Notes: a model not told the origin generated them from the letters alone. 44,739 bases of DNA from Salpingoeca rosetta (GCA_033442325.1 JAWQFM010000035.1:1-44739); one strand, 5' to 3'. Shown: positions 1 through 12,430, numbered from the stretch's first letter. Numbers and translations are program-made.

Positions 1-174
1 TGACACAGATAAACATATGCGCTCGCTGACATCTCAATACATCAACATAATCACTCCATGTATACTATTGTGCCCTGAAAGACGGCCTAGAGGTGAAGAG
101 AAAGCGGCAAACCTTTCATTCCGTGAGGGCGCGCCGATCAATTCACGTGCACTCCCCTTAATTAGTACTGCCGT

Positions 175-259
<85 letters not shown>

Positions 260-407
260 TTGTCGACTACATGTGAGAAGGTGTTGGGAAGGTGTGCTGG
301 GTTTGATGTGGGCAAGCATGTAACACAAGCATGTAACACACACATACACACATACACACACACACACATGCACATGAACCCGTCATGCGCTGGAGAGGTG
401 TGCGCAC

Positions 408-2494
408 CTCCACGACCACGTCCTTCTTCAGACACTTGACGGCGACGGTTTTGCCGGACGATTTGTCCTTCGCCAGGAGCACCTTTCCGAACGAGCCGCG
501 ACCGAGGACCTGCGCCGTGATGGTGATGGTGATGGTGATGGTGTGTGTGTGTGAGCGTGTGTGTGTGTGAGTGCGAGTAAATGTGTGTGTGTGTGAATGT
601 GGGTGCGTGCGTGTGGGTGCGTGTGCATGTGCGTGCCAATGTACGTGTGGGTGGGTGGTCAAGTGCTGTCATGCGAAAAAAGTGCACGTGATGGCTGCTC
701 ACCTTCTGGAAGGAGTAGGCGTCCAGGCTCGCAGCCACGCTCGCACTCAGCTCCTGTCGTCATACACGCAATCACACGTGTTCACCCGCAACAGAGACAT
801 GTCATGAGGGCACAGTGACAACGCAAGAGGCACAAAAAGTACAAACAGTTCCTGGTGTGCCATGTGCATGCGGATGCGTTGCCTGCACGCACGTCGCTCT
901 TTGAGTCCTCCAGATCGGCCGACTGAAACTTCTTCGTGATGTCCTCAACCTGTGCACACATCCACGCAGCGAAACCGGACATGAGACGGGGCGATGCCAT
1001 GCGATGTAATAGGGTGGTGCAGAAGGAGAAATGCAGCAGCACTCAAGGCTGAAACACGCAGACACACACACACACAGACACAGACACGAACACACAAAGA
1101 CACGTATATCACATGTTCCTGGATCTCCACCAACGTCCACGCCATCCCCTCCTCTCCGCGCAAGTGCGAGTGCGACCTTGAGGGCAGACGCTGCCTCGGG
1201 GACCTTCATGTGGAACTTTGCACCCTGCTTCTTGTCAAGCCACTTGAACCACCCCGTGTACTTGTCCGTGCTGGCGACGGTGACCGTGACGGGTGATGGA
1301 ATGGAGGTGATGGTGATGGGTGAGACGATCACACATGCGATCAACAGCATAAATACACACACACACGCACACAAACACACACACAAACACACAAACTCAA
1401 ACAAACACACACACACAAACACACATACACACACAGAGCCTAGGCAAGCAACCCCAAGTCAACCACAACAGCGCAAAGCATCAGCAGCTCCAATCCCAAC
1501 ACGGGCATCAACGCACCCTGCGGCCTCCTCAATGTCGGAGAGGCGGAAGGTCATGCAGCCCATAAAGTCGTTGCTGCCGATGCGGTCCTTGTCCCAGACC
1601 TCCAGGAACAGCGACTTCTGCTCGAGGTCGGCGCCCGGCGGCACAATGCTGAACACACGGCGGCGGTGGTGGTGAGTGGCGAGTGAGTGGCGAGTGAGTG
1701 AGTGATGGTGGTGATGAGTGAGTGAATGAGTGGTGATGAAACCGTAGTCACGAGCAGGCAGGCAGAATTCAGCAAGACGTAGCGTTCGGACAAAACACAC
1801 ACACTGCATGCCGCCACCAACCCTTGCAGCTTACAACTCAAAGGCGTGGTTGAAGTTTGGATTGAGGTTGGTCGAGTGCACGCGGGTCTTCTGCTTCTCC
1901 TTCTTGTCAGGCAGAATCTTGGCCTGCACACGATGGTGGTGGTGGTGGTGGTGGTTGTGGAGGCATGTTGTGTCATGTTGTGTCGTGTGAGGTTGACAGT
2001 GAGCACGGGGTAATAGTTGAATGAATGAGCTTGGTCCAGGTCAAGTACATCCATGTGTTCTCTTCCACGCCACCTTCGCCTTCACTCATCACCATCGCAC
2101 ACGACATCCAACCTAACGCTCACATCACACCAGGCGCCGCACCTTGCAGTAGGGGTCGCTGGAGCCGCTCGGGTCCATGGGGATGAGGTTGTGTGCCTGC
2201 CCGACGTGGCATGTCACGAGCCGGCTCCCGTCAGAGTTCTGCACCGCACCGATTGGTTGTGGTGGAGGAATATTCGGGGGGGGGGAGGGGGGGAGGGTTT
2301 GAGGTGTTGGTGGCGGGAGAAATGGGCGTGGTGAATGCATGTGTCCTCACATGTGCACGACACAAGCAAGCAAAGCAACCAAAACAAGCAAAGCAAGCAA
2401 AGCAAGCAAAGCAAGCAAAGCAAGCAAAGCAAGCAAAGCAAGCAAAGCAAGCAAAGCAAGCAAAGCAAGCAAAGCAAGCAAAGCAAGCCAGGCA

Positions 2495-2544
<50 letters not shown>

Positions 2545-3541
2545 ACGATTACCTTTGCAATGCCGATCTTGAGTTGGACGCGGCCGCGCTTCTCACGGTG
2601 ATCGAATCCGCACATGTGCGCAACTTTGCTCGTGCACGACTTGTGCACATTCAGCTTGCAGCCTTGCGTGTCGAAAAGGGGAGGGAAGGGGTGATGCACG
2701 AGGCACAAGCAAAAATGTCAGATTGACAAACAGCAATGCGCGACCAAGCAGTGTGATCAACGTCTTTCATATTCAACACCACATATGAGCGTACCTGTTG
2801 CCCTCTACACGCCACCACCTTCTCTCCACTATTCACAACTGCCCGGCACTCCTCCTTCCATCGCAGCGCCTTGCGCAGCAGTCCCTGTCTCACGTGAGTC
2901 TGGAATAACTCACTCTTGCACTGCTTGCCCTGGTGGTAGAGGCCGTACAGCAGAGAGCCGCAGTGGTCGCAGAAGGTGGGCGACATGTACGTGTGCGACG
3001 ACCACTCGTGCTCCTTGGTCGGTGCCTGATTCAACGAAAAAAAAAAAAGTTCACATCGTGCAATGGAGTGGAGGGAGGGGGAAGGTGTCAGTGGGCAAGT
3101 GTGCAGTGGAGTGGAGGGAGGGAAGGAAGGAAGGTTGAAAGATGCAAGTCGGTGCAACGAGGACGGGGAGCAGTCGCAACACGCATCGACGCAAGTACAA
3201 GACATACACAAACAGACACACACAGACACACACAGACACACACACACACACGTACACACACACACACACGTACACAGACAGTGGCACTCACATCCGTTGG
3301 CTTCTCCAGGTCTGTGCCTGGGCAGTGAAAGTGCACAAACTCGTGGCAGCGCTTGTGCACCACAAAGCCGCAATCTATCGTGTGGTGTGGTGTGGCGTGG
3401 TGTGGCGTGCAGAGTTAGCATGCCCGGAACAGGAGCCACAGCAGGGATCACAAATGCATGCACGTCAGCGCATTTGAAGTGCATTCAAAAACAACATTTA
3501 CACACCAAACATACACCACATGTGCGCGCAACATACACCGC

Positions 3542-3602
<61 letters not shown>

Positions 3603-3812
3603 CGCAACAAACAAAACACAACAAAACAAACAAACAAACGAACCGATGCACTGGTAGCCTTGCTTGCCAAAACCCCACATAAACTCGGAGCAGTGGCAGC
3701 AGAAGGTGGGCTGCTTGAAGAACTTGGCCTGGAACTTGTGATCCATCACCTCATGGATCTTCTTCTTGCGCATGGCGCCGCCACGGCGAAAGTCAAACTT
3801 CTTTTCAGACAT
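408..3812 (-). CDS. PKC: Conventional protein kinase C (pseudosubstrate-C1A-C1B-C2-kinase), 5' part; gene continues off the left edge of the window
   Basis: Eleven GT-AG exons join in frame: 3644-3812, 3292-3374, 2914-3025, 2553-2662, 2143-2238, 1835-1923, 1517-1648, 1177-1270, 893-949, 703-753, 408-509. Motifs: pseudosubstrate [10 protein letters not shown]; C1[18 protein letters not shown]...HKRC; C1[19 protein letters not shown]...HKSC; Ca-type C2 ([25 protein letters not shown]); kinase glycine loop [10 protein letters not shown] and VAVK. Confidence 0.95.
2385..2487. repeat. 9-bp tandem repeat (CAAGCAAAG)n in a PKC intron
   Basis: About 11 near-perfect copies visible, followed by a (CA)n tract. 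Confidence 0.9.
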
Positions 3813-4306
3813 GATGGTGGTGGTGGTCTCTTGCTGATCGTGACCTTAAGACAGAGAAACAAAGCAGCACGGCAAGGGTGAGCTGCATTGAGTGCGTATT
3901 CATGAGTTTTGACATGACATGATGTGAGTGAGGCGCAGCCCACGATGCAGCAATCTCCGACACAGGAGGAAGGAGAGTAAAACAACGCGCAGTGACACAC
4001 AACCACACACAGCGGGTTCATCAGCAGTCCATGCATCAACACCAACTTGCTTGCTTGGGGGATGAGGAGGGTCCTTCTTCAAGCCAAAGCGATATGGGGG
4101 AGGGGTGGGTGTTGTTGTGTTTGCGCAAAAGTGATCGCCTCTTGGTTGTTGTGTGTTGTTGTTGTTGTGCGACAACGACAAAGGTAAGAATATCATTTAT
4201 GATACCAACAAATAATCGCCTGATAGGACTGGGTCGAAAAATGCGTGTTGCTGAGTCAGCGAAAACAATGACGACGAAGGAGCGGAAAGACAACACCACT
4301 CCAAAT

Positions 4307-4386
<80 letters not shown>

Positions 4387-4397
4387 CGCATTGTGTT

Positions 4398-4997
4398 CTA
4401 CTCTGGCTTAATGCTCCAGTAGCCCTTTGAGCCAACACGGGAGAAGGTGCACGTGCTGTGCAGCAGGCGAACAAAGACGGCCTGTCTGCTCCCGGCAACG
4501 CGCTTGTTGAAGTGGTCCAGCAACGCCTGTGTCGACGCACGCCCACCTGATTCATGTGTGTGCATGTGTGTGTATGAGAGAGTGTGTGGTTGTAGTGTGT
4601 GTGTGTGGTTGTAGAGAATGAGAGAGGCAGAGAGAGAGAGAGTGTGTGTGTGTATGTGTGTGTGTGTGTGTGTGTGTGTTCGCGCACTTGACGTGTGCGA
4701 GTGCGTGAGTGTCGTGGCTCAATGCCAAACGTGCAGATCGTACAGCAACAAAGCAAGCCTTCGTCACGTCACGACAACGAGGACGTGCACATCATGGCAG
4801 CAGCACCTTTCTCTTTGATAAACTGTCGAATCTCCTTTAGCAGCGGAACAGCAAACTCGGACGCGTGCGCAGCACTCACATCTGCGTGTGTACAGTATAT
4901 ATGTGGGCCAGTGTAGAAGCAAGTGCGTGAGTGAAGCATGTTTTCAAGATGTGCATGTGCATTTGTCCTCACTCGCAGTCCCAACACACACACACAT

Positions 4998-5056
<59 letters not shown>

Positions 5057-5455
5057 CATGCACCCCCCCCCCCAACACACACACTAGCATCCCACCTTGC
5101 TTCCGCTTCTTGATCTGCGCCATAATGCCGCGTGACCCCGTGGTGTCTCCACGGCCACGGCCATCACCATCACCGCTACTGCTGGGACTTGTTCCATCAC
5201 CACCACCAGCACCACCAGCACCAAATGTCTTTCTTCCTCCGCCAAACCGCTTTGCAGCAGACACCTGCAGTTGCATTGTAGGAGGAACGCAGGGAGAAAG
5301 AGAGAGTGTGTGTTTTGTGTGAATGTGTGTGTGTGTGTGTGTGAACAGCAATAACAACAGCAACAGCAATCACAACAGCAACATCGTCGTGTCATAACAC
5401 TATCACCTGTCCAAATCGCTGGCCCGACTTGCCTGTCCACGTGACCGTCCCAATA
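4398..5455 (-). CDS. ERCC6: C-terminal exons of an ERCC6/CSB/Rad26-like transcription-coupled repair factor; ATPase-encoding 5' part not in the window
   Basis: Exons 5407-5455, 5096-5264, 4807-4881, 4398-4546 splice in frame: IGTVTWTGKSGQRFGQ / VSAAKRFGG...IMAQIKKRKQ / ...LLKEIRQFIKEK / GGRASTQALLDHFNKRVAGSRQAVFVRLLHSTCTFSRVGSKGYWSIKPE*. This resembles the CSB C-terminus (PTWTG motif and terminal winged helix GQASTREILQEF...VFRELLRNLCTF...GIWKLKPEY). Confidence 0.85.
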
Positions 5456-5486
5456 CTGCAGCAGATGCAAAGAACCAAGGGAGGGT

Positions 5487-5586
5487 NNNNNNNNNNNNNN
5501 NNNNNNNNNNNNNNNNNNNNNNNNNNNNNNNNNNNNNNNNNNNNNNNNNNNNNNNNNNNNNNNNNNNNNNNNNNNNNNNNNNNNNN
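5487..5586. other. Assembly gap (100 N, probably a placeholder of unknown true size)
   Basis: Run of N separating ERCC6 intron sequence from 28S rDNA. Confidence 0.99.
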
Positions 5587-5699
5587 TGGTCCCTTCGATG
5601 ACACCCTTCCATTGCCACAATGCCCCCACAATGCCCCCACAAGTAGTGACCAAATTATTCCAACCCATTGTAACCCACCAAACCCGCACCCACAATACC

Positions 5700-6904
5700 G
5701 GCCCCTTGCATAGAAAACTTCCGCCGTTGATCCCGCGCTTGGCTTGAATTTCTTCACGTTGACATTCTGAGCACTGGGCAGAAATCACATTGCGTCTACA
5801 CCGTCGCAACAGCCTATCCTCGCAATGCTTTGTTTTAAGTAAACAGTCGGATTCCCCTTGTCCGTACCAGTTCAAGATCGGTTGCTAAATTTTAGTGTGC
5901 GCAGAGGGTAAAGGTGCAAGAGCGGCATGCAAGCACACCCCCTTTCACCGCCACCCCCCACACACACAATCAACCTCTTGAGCCAATCCTTATCGCGAGC
6001 TTACGGATCTATTTTGCCGACTTCCCTTACCTACATTCGTCTATCAAACTAGAGGCTCTTCACCTTGGAGACCTGCTGCGGTTATCAGTACGGCCAACCA
6101 CGCCCACATGCAGCGGAGAAAATAGATTAGCACAAGTGCTCCTCTTCTTCCCCCCACACTGCTACCATTCACACCCTCGGATTTTCATGGACCGCCGGGA
6201 ACGCGCCGGACACCACAACAAAAAAAGGTCAGTGGTGCTTTGCCGAGCCTCTCACCCCATCTCCAGCCAAACTGATTCCAGGGTCAGAGAATGCGAGGAG
6301 GAAGGGTGAAGAGCGCACAGAATACACTCTTTCCCCCTACTCCCCCCACAATGCAGCTCGTTAAAAAGAAAAGAAAACTCTTTCCAGGGCCCCCGGCAGC
6401 GTCTCCGAGTTTGTACGCGTTGCCGCTGCTCTATCAAACATTCTTTGTGGCGTGCGTTGGTCCAGGGAATCTTAACCTGGTCCCTTTCGATGGACTGGGT
6501 AATCAACACGTGTGCAAGCATGGCGATAATATCACCACCACCCACACACACGCAACAACTCCCCACTTGACACAGGACTGCCCCATCTCTTAGGACCGAC
6601 TCACCCGTGGCCAACTGCTGTTCCCACGGAACCTTGCTCCACTTCAGTCTTCAAAGCTCTCATTTGAATCGTTGCTACTGTCACCAAGATCTGCACTGGA
6701 GGCCCCTCCACCCAGGCTCACGCCACAGGCTTCCACGGTAAAAGATTGCTCTCACGCAAACACCTCCACGCCCACCTACTTGTGTGTGGCTACATGTAGT
6801 TTTGAGACGCAACAAGCACGAATGCTCGCTTCGCTCGCTTTCTTCCACACACAGCGGAGTATAGGTACGACGCTTGAGCGCCATCCATTTTCAGGGCTAG
6901 TTGA

Positions 6905-6938
<34 letters not shown>

Positions 6939-7180
6939 ATTCCGACTTCCATGGCCACCGTCCTGCTGTCTATATCAACCAACACCTTTTGTGGGTTCTC
7001 ATGAGCGTCGATTCCGGCACCCTAACTCCGCGTTCGGTTCATCCCGCATCGCCAGTTCTGCTTACCAAAAATGGCCCACTTGAGACTCGGTTATTCAGCA
7101 TTGCCCGCTTCATAAACAAAGAAAGCGCGCCGCCTTACCCATTTAAAGTTTGAGAATAGGTTGAGGGAAGTGGCTCCCCC

Positions 7181-7211
<31 letters not shown>

Positions 7212-8161
7212 AACTAACCACATTGCAATAAAAGTCTCAGCTATCCTGAGGGAAACTTCGGTGGGAACCAGCTACTAGATGGTTCGATGAGTCTTTCGCC
7301 CCTATACCCAAGTTCGACGACAGATTTGCACGTCATGATCGCTACGAGCCTCCACCAGAGTTTCCTCTGGCTTCGCCCTACTCAGGCATAGTTCACCATC
7401 TATCGGGTCCTAAACATCTGCGCNNNNNNNNNNNNNNNNNNNNNNNNNNNNNNNNNNNNNNNNNNNNNNNNNNNNNNNNNNNNNNNNNNNNNNNNNNNNN
7501 NNNNNNNNNNNNNNNNNNNNNNNNNNNNNNNNNNNNNNNNNNNNNNNNNNNNNNNNNNNNNNNNNNNNNNNNNNNNNNNNNNNNNNNNNNNNNNNNNNNN
7601 NNNNNNNNNNNNNNNNNNNNNNNNNNNNNNNNNNNNNNNNNNNNNNNNNNNNNNNNNNNNNNNNNNNNNNNNNNNNNNNNNNNNNNNNNNNNNNNNNNNN
7701 NNNNNNNNNNNNNNNNNNNNNNNNNNNNNNNNNNNNNNNNNNNNNNNNNNNNNNNNNNNNNNNNNNNNNNNNNNNNNNNNNNNNNNNNNNNNNNNNNNNN
7801 NNNNNNNNNNNNNNNNNNNNNNNNNNNNNNNNNNNNNNNNNNNNNNNNNNNNNNNNNNNNNNNNNNNNNNNNNNNNNNNNNNNNNNNNNNNNNNNNNNNN
7901 NNNNNNNNNNNNNNNNNNNNNNNNNNNNNNNNNNNNNNNNNNNNNNNNNNNNNNNNNNNNNNNNNNNNNNNNNNNNNNNNNNNNNNNNNNNNNNNNNNNN
8001 NNNNNNNNNNNNNNNNNNNNNNNNNNNNNNNNNNNNNNNNNNNNNNNNGCACCACACCAAAAGCCCTGATCACAAGGCGCGCCCAGTCTCTGCTAGCTGC
8101 AAGCGATTCTCTGTCAACGGTTTCACGTACTGTTTAACTCTCTTTTCAAAGTGCTTTTCAT

Positions 8162-8195
<34 letters not shown>

Positions 8196-8513
8196 GTGCC
8201 AGTATTTAGCCTTGGATGCAGTTTACCACCCGGCTTTGGGCTGCATTCCCAAACAACCCGACTCAAGAGAATAAACGGACCACACACCGCACATCAGCGC
8301 AAATAATGTAGCACCAACGGGACTCTCACCCTCTCCGGTGTCCTCTTCCAAGGAAACTCGGTGCTGCGCCAAACAACAATGCACAACAAAAGCTGTGCAC
8401 CATCACAAAGACATGCGACGGCCCGCATCCCATAAAGACTACAACTCGCCACAAGCAAGAAGCTTGTGGAGATTCCAATGCTTGAGCTCTTCCCGCTTCA
8501 CTCGCCGTTACTG

Positions 8514-8547
<34 letters not shown>

Positions 8548-8595
8548 GTGATATGCTTAAGTTCAGGGGGTACCCTTGCCTGACCTGAGGTCAAC
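5700..8595 (-). rRNA. 28S rRNA: 28S (LSU) rRNA, 5' part from domain I into domain IV; 3' part absent beyond the gap; internal N gap 7424-8048
   Basis: Reverse complements of conserved LSU blocks: TTGACCTCAG...CTGAACTTAAGCATATC at the 5' end, GTTCGCTATCGGTCTC, CAGCTATCCTGAGGGAAACTTCGG, CGCCAGTTCTGCTTACC, CACCTTGGAGACCTGCTGCGG, GAGCACTGGGCAGAAATCACATTG. Similarity decays left of about 5710, near the gap. Confidence 0.97.
7424..8048. other. Assembly gap inside 28S, covering about the D2-D3 expansion region
   Basis: 625 N between two co-linear LSU segments. Confidence 0.95.
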
Positions 8596-9477
8596 AATAA
8601 GAAATGAGTAGAGGGGGGGAAGGGGTTTGAGAGAGTGAGAGAAGCGAAGCGGAGTGGATGGATGCAGTCGTTTGTGCGCATACACTGCAACAAGTGCAGT
8701 GCAGTGCACACAAACAAACAGTGCTCCGTCCATCACAATTCCAGCTTTCCTCTCTCTCAAATAGATTCAACTCTTCTTCATCAGTGTTTTTGCTCACATG
8801 ACCAGTGTCACAAAAGCCACATAAAGATTGCAAGCACACAAGTGCACATGCCTCTTCACACACGCACACAGCATACACACGCTGCAGAACAACGATGCCA
8901 GTTGACACATCGCTCCACAGCTTGTTGTATCCTGCTGCATATGCAGATACAGCATGCGCGTGCTTGCCGTGGTCTCGCAACAACGGCACCCACACGGCGA
9001 CAGTGAGTGATGACAACAGTATGAGAATAGAAGTGTGATGTGTGTGCGTGAGTGAATCACATCAACAACAACAACACAACGCACAAGGCATCGTATCATC
9101 GTGCAATGCAATCCACATGCTCACTCACAAACACCCACTCCTTCTTCTTCACAGTCACCATCATCACAGTTATCATCGCAATGGAGTCGTAAGCTCTCCT
9201 CTTCAGAGTCCAGTCTCACACAATACACACACACAGCAAAAATGTGTGTGTGCACGCATCGACTAACACCCCATGGCCACCAACAATGCACAGTGTGCAA
9301 ATGAGATATGAGTGCATGCATGCGTGGGCGCTTCTTCATACTGCTACACAACAAACAAACACCACACCAACAAAGGTGTGCTGCTGCTGCTGCGTAGTTG
9401 CAGTAATCAAATACACCCACACACACATACTCACATCCTCATAAGCACACAAAAACGCATTGTCAATGAGATTGAGT
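8596..9477 (-). other. ITS2 (~880 nt, GU-rich on the transcript strand)
   Basis: Lies between the 5.8S 3' end and the 28S 5' end. Confidence 0.9.
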
Positions 9478-9663
9478 GGCGACACTCAGGCAGACATGCC
9501 CGCACGCACAGACACGCACACAATGGCGCATGCCCACACACACAGGCGCAATGTGCGTTCGAAGATTCAATGATTCACGGAATTCTGCAATTCACACTAC
9601 ATTTCGCGTCTTGCCACGTTCTTCATCGATGCACGAGCCAAGAGATCCACCGTTGAAAGTTGT
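9478..9663 (-). rRNA. 5.8S rRNA: 5.8S rRNA (~185 nt, with an expanded 3' hairpin)
   Basis: Minus strand reads ACAACTTTCAACGGTGGATCTCTTGGCTCGTGCATCGATGAAGAACG...GTGAATTGCAGAATTCCGTGAATCATTGAATCTTCGAACGCACATTGCGC...GCATGTCTGCCTGAGTGTC. Confidence 0.97.
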
Positions 9664-10327
9664 CTCATGGTTATTAATTTGGTTGTGTTGAATGAGATGT
9701 TGAGATTGAAGTGAGAGTGGTTGCAGTGCATGTGTCATGTGTGTGTATTCCAACGCACAATGTTTGTTGGCACACACTCACAACACACATCACAACGCTC
9801 TCTCTCGCTCTCTTTCTCTCACTCACTCGTTTGTGGTTATCATGTACGTACGTATGTCCACAGCACAGCACACATGGCTTGGTTGTTGCTGCTACAGCAA
9901 GCTGCTTTTGCCCACACTGTCATGTGTGTGCAATCGCAGCCACTGCCACAACAACAATCCAAAACACGCTTGCTTGCTGTGTTCATTTCTTCTTCTTCTT
10001 TGCACGAGGCAAACAATGTATACACACACACACAAGAACACTGCCATCGCAATGCAACACACACAGTATGCGTGCTCCACTGCGACACTCACAATGTGCA
10101 TGCGTGCATGGGCATGCTTTTGCTTTGTTTTTGTCTTCATTCACACAATGCTCACTCCCACACACACAAAAGCGTGTGAGAGCGAATTGGTTGGTTGGTT
10201 GGCTCAGATGGCTCGGTTGGCTCGGTTGGCTTAGTTGGCTCGGTCCAGTTCCCTCACCATCCCTCACCAATTTCCCTCACCATGCGTCACCATTCACCAA
10301 CCACGCTTTTCAACGTTTTCCTTGTTG
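9664..10327 (-). other. ITS1 (~660 nt)
   Basis: Lies between the 18S 3' end and the 5.8S 5' end; short GGCTCGGTT-like repeats at about 10190-10245. Confidence 0.9.
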
Positions 10328-10328
10328 G

Positions 10329-10385
<57 letters not shown>

Positions 10386-10478
10386 AATGATCAAGTTTGA
10401 CCAGGTTCTCAGCAAAGAAACACATGGGCAGCTGTTGCCAGCGCCCACGCGCCAATCCCGAGGCCTCACTAAACCATT

Positions 10479-10524
<46 letters not shown>

Positions 10525-11055
10525 ATCAACGCAATCTGTTGAATTGCGCTTACTAGGAATTCCTCGTTCAAGATGAATAATTGCAAGCATCTATCCCCAG
10601 CACGACGGGTTTTCACAAGAGTCCCCACGCCTTCCAGCGCAGGAATAGATGTCTGTCATAGAAAAGCACAAGACTTTCCCCACCACAAACACCCAAAGCA
10701 TACTCGCTGCCCCCGTCAGTGTAGCGCGCGTGCAGCCCAGAACATCTAAGGGCATCACAGACCTGTTATCGCCTCAAACTTCCTTCGGCTTACGCTCAAT
10801 AGCAACGCCGAGTGTCCCTCTGAGTGGTGTATCAAAAGACACGCTTGCGCGTAATCTCCAACGCCTGCTGACGCAGGCGCACACCAATCAGCAAGTCAAG
10901 GTCTCGCCGTTTACCGTAATCAAACAGAGATTTCACAACAAAAGCTGGACGGCCATGCACCACCTCCCTTGGAATCAAGAAAGAGCTGTCAATCTGTCAA
11001 TCCTTCCCATGTCTGGACCTGGTGAGTTTCCCCGTGTTGAGTCAAATTAAGCCGC

Positions 11056-11102
<47 letters not shown>

Positions 11103-12430
11103 ATCTTGCGATCATACTCCCCCCGGAACCCAAACGCTTTGGTTTCCCTAAAGGTCCCGATGGCGCCACCATGCTTTGAAACATTTGTGCTGCCCACCGA
11201 GCCCTGGCCGGCATCGTTTATGGTTAAGACTACGACGGTATCTAATCGTCTTCGATCCCCTAACTTTCGTTCTTGATCAATGAAAGCGTCCTTGGCAAAT
11301 GCTTTCGCAGTCGGCGGTCTTTCGTAAATCCAAGAATTTCACCTCTGACAACGAAATACCAGTGCCCCCAACCGTCCCTATTAATCATTACTTCAGACCC
11401 GATGTGGTGAGGGAGGAACAAGAAAACCTTGCGGTTTCTCACTCCACACCCCCGCACCACACGCCAACAGTACAGGCCCAAAAGTCCTCTTCCGTTGTTC
11501 CATGCTAATCTATTCAAGCAAATCAAATGACTGCCTGCTTTGAACACTCTAATTTTTTCAAAGTAAAGCCCCCAACAGCGCCCCACCACTACGTGACTTG
11601 ACACACACCCAATCAAGGGCACGCGCCAAAGGCGCCACCAGGGAATATTAAAACTGCAGAGTGCAAACAGTGGCAGGCAGAAGAAGGCGCGCGTAAAACA
11701 CACCCTCTCCACCCACACACCGTGAACCCCGCATGAAATCCAACTACGAGCTTTTTAACTGCAACAACTTTAGTATACGCTTTTGGAGCTGGAATTACCG
11801 CGGCTGCTGGCACCAGACTTGCCCTCCAATTGTTCCTTGATAAGGTCTTTACATTGTTCTCATTCCAATTGCACAGTGCATAAAAAACACCGTGCATTGG
11901 TATTTATTGTCACTACCTCCCTGTGTCAGGATTGGGTAATTTGCGCGCCTGCTGCCTTCCTTGGAAGTGGTAGCCGTCTCTCAGGCTCCCTCTCCGGAAT
12001 CGAACCAAATGTTCCCCGTCACCCGTTGTCACCATGGTAAGCCAATACCTTACCATCGAAAGTTGATAGGGCAGAAATTCGAATGAGACACCATCACACA
12101 CAAAAGTGTAACGGTCAGCAAAGTTATTCTGATTCACCAGTCATGTTCCTGCTGGCTTTATACCTAACAAATGCAGCCCTCGAGAAGAAAAAATGTGCAT
12201 ACACACACCTCTCTCTCGGGCCTTGTCGCACGTATTAGCTCTAGAATTACCACGGCTATCCGTCTAGCACAACACCGCTCCGAAAAACGAGTTGCAAACT
12301 ATCAAATAAACTATAACTGATTTAATGAGCCATTCGCAGTTTCACAGTATCAAGAATACTATTCATACTTAGACATGCATGGCTTAATCTTTGAGACAAG
12401 CATATGACTACTGGCAGGATCGACCAGTTA
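10328..12430 (-). rRNA. 18S rRNA: 18S (SSU) rRNA, full length, ~2100 nt, divergent
   Basis: Minus strand begins TAACTGGTCGATCCTGCCAGTAGTCATATGCTTGTCTCAAAGATTAAGCC, contains GTGCCAGCAGCCGCGGTAA, AAACTTAAAGGAATTGACGG and TTGTACACACCGCCCGTCG, and ends GTAGGTGAACCTGCGGAAGGATCATT. Confidence 0.99.

Noticed and set aside
5587-5710. R2-type retrotransposon or group I intron inserted in 28S near the usual domain IV site
   Set aside because: Only ~120 bp next to a gap, with no RT/endonuclease ORF or intron core visible. A degraded read end is the simpler reading, though the gap content is unknown.
10328-12430. rDNA as a randomly decaying pseudogene or a bacterial chimera
   Set aside because: Substitutions are largely compensatory, functional centres are intact and the remainder is clearly eukaryotic; the bacterial-like match spans only about 10-15 nt.
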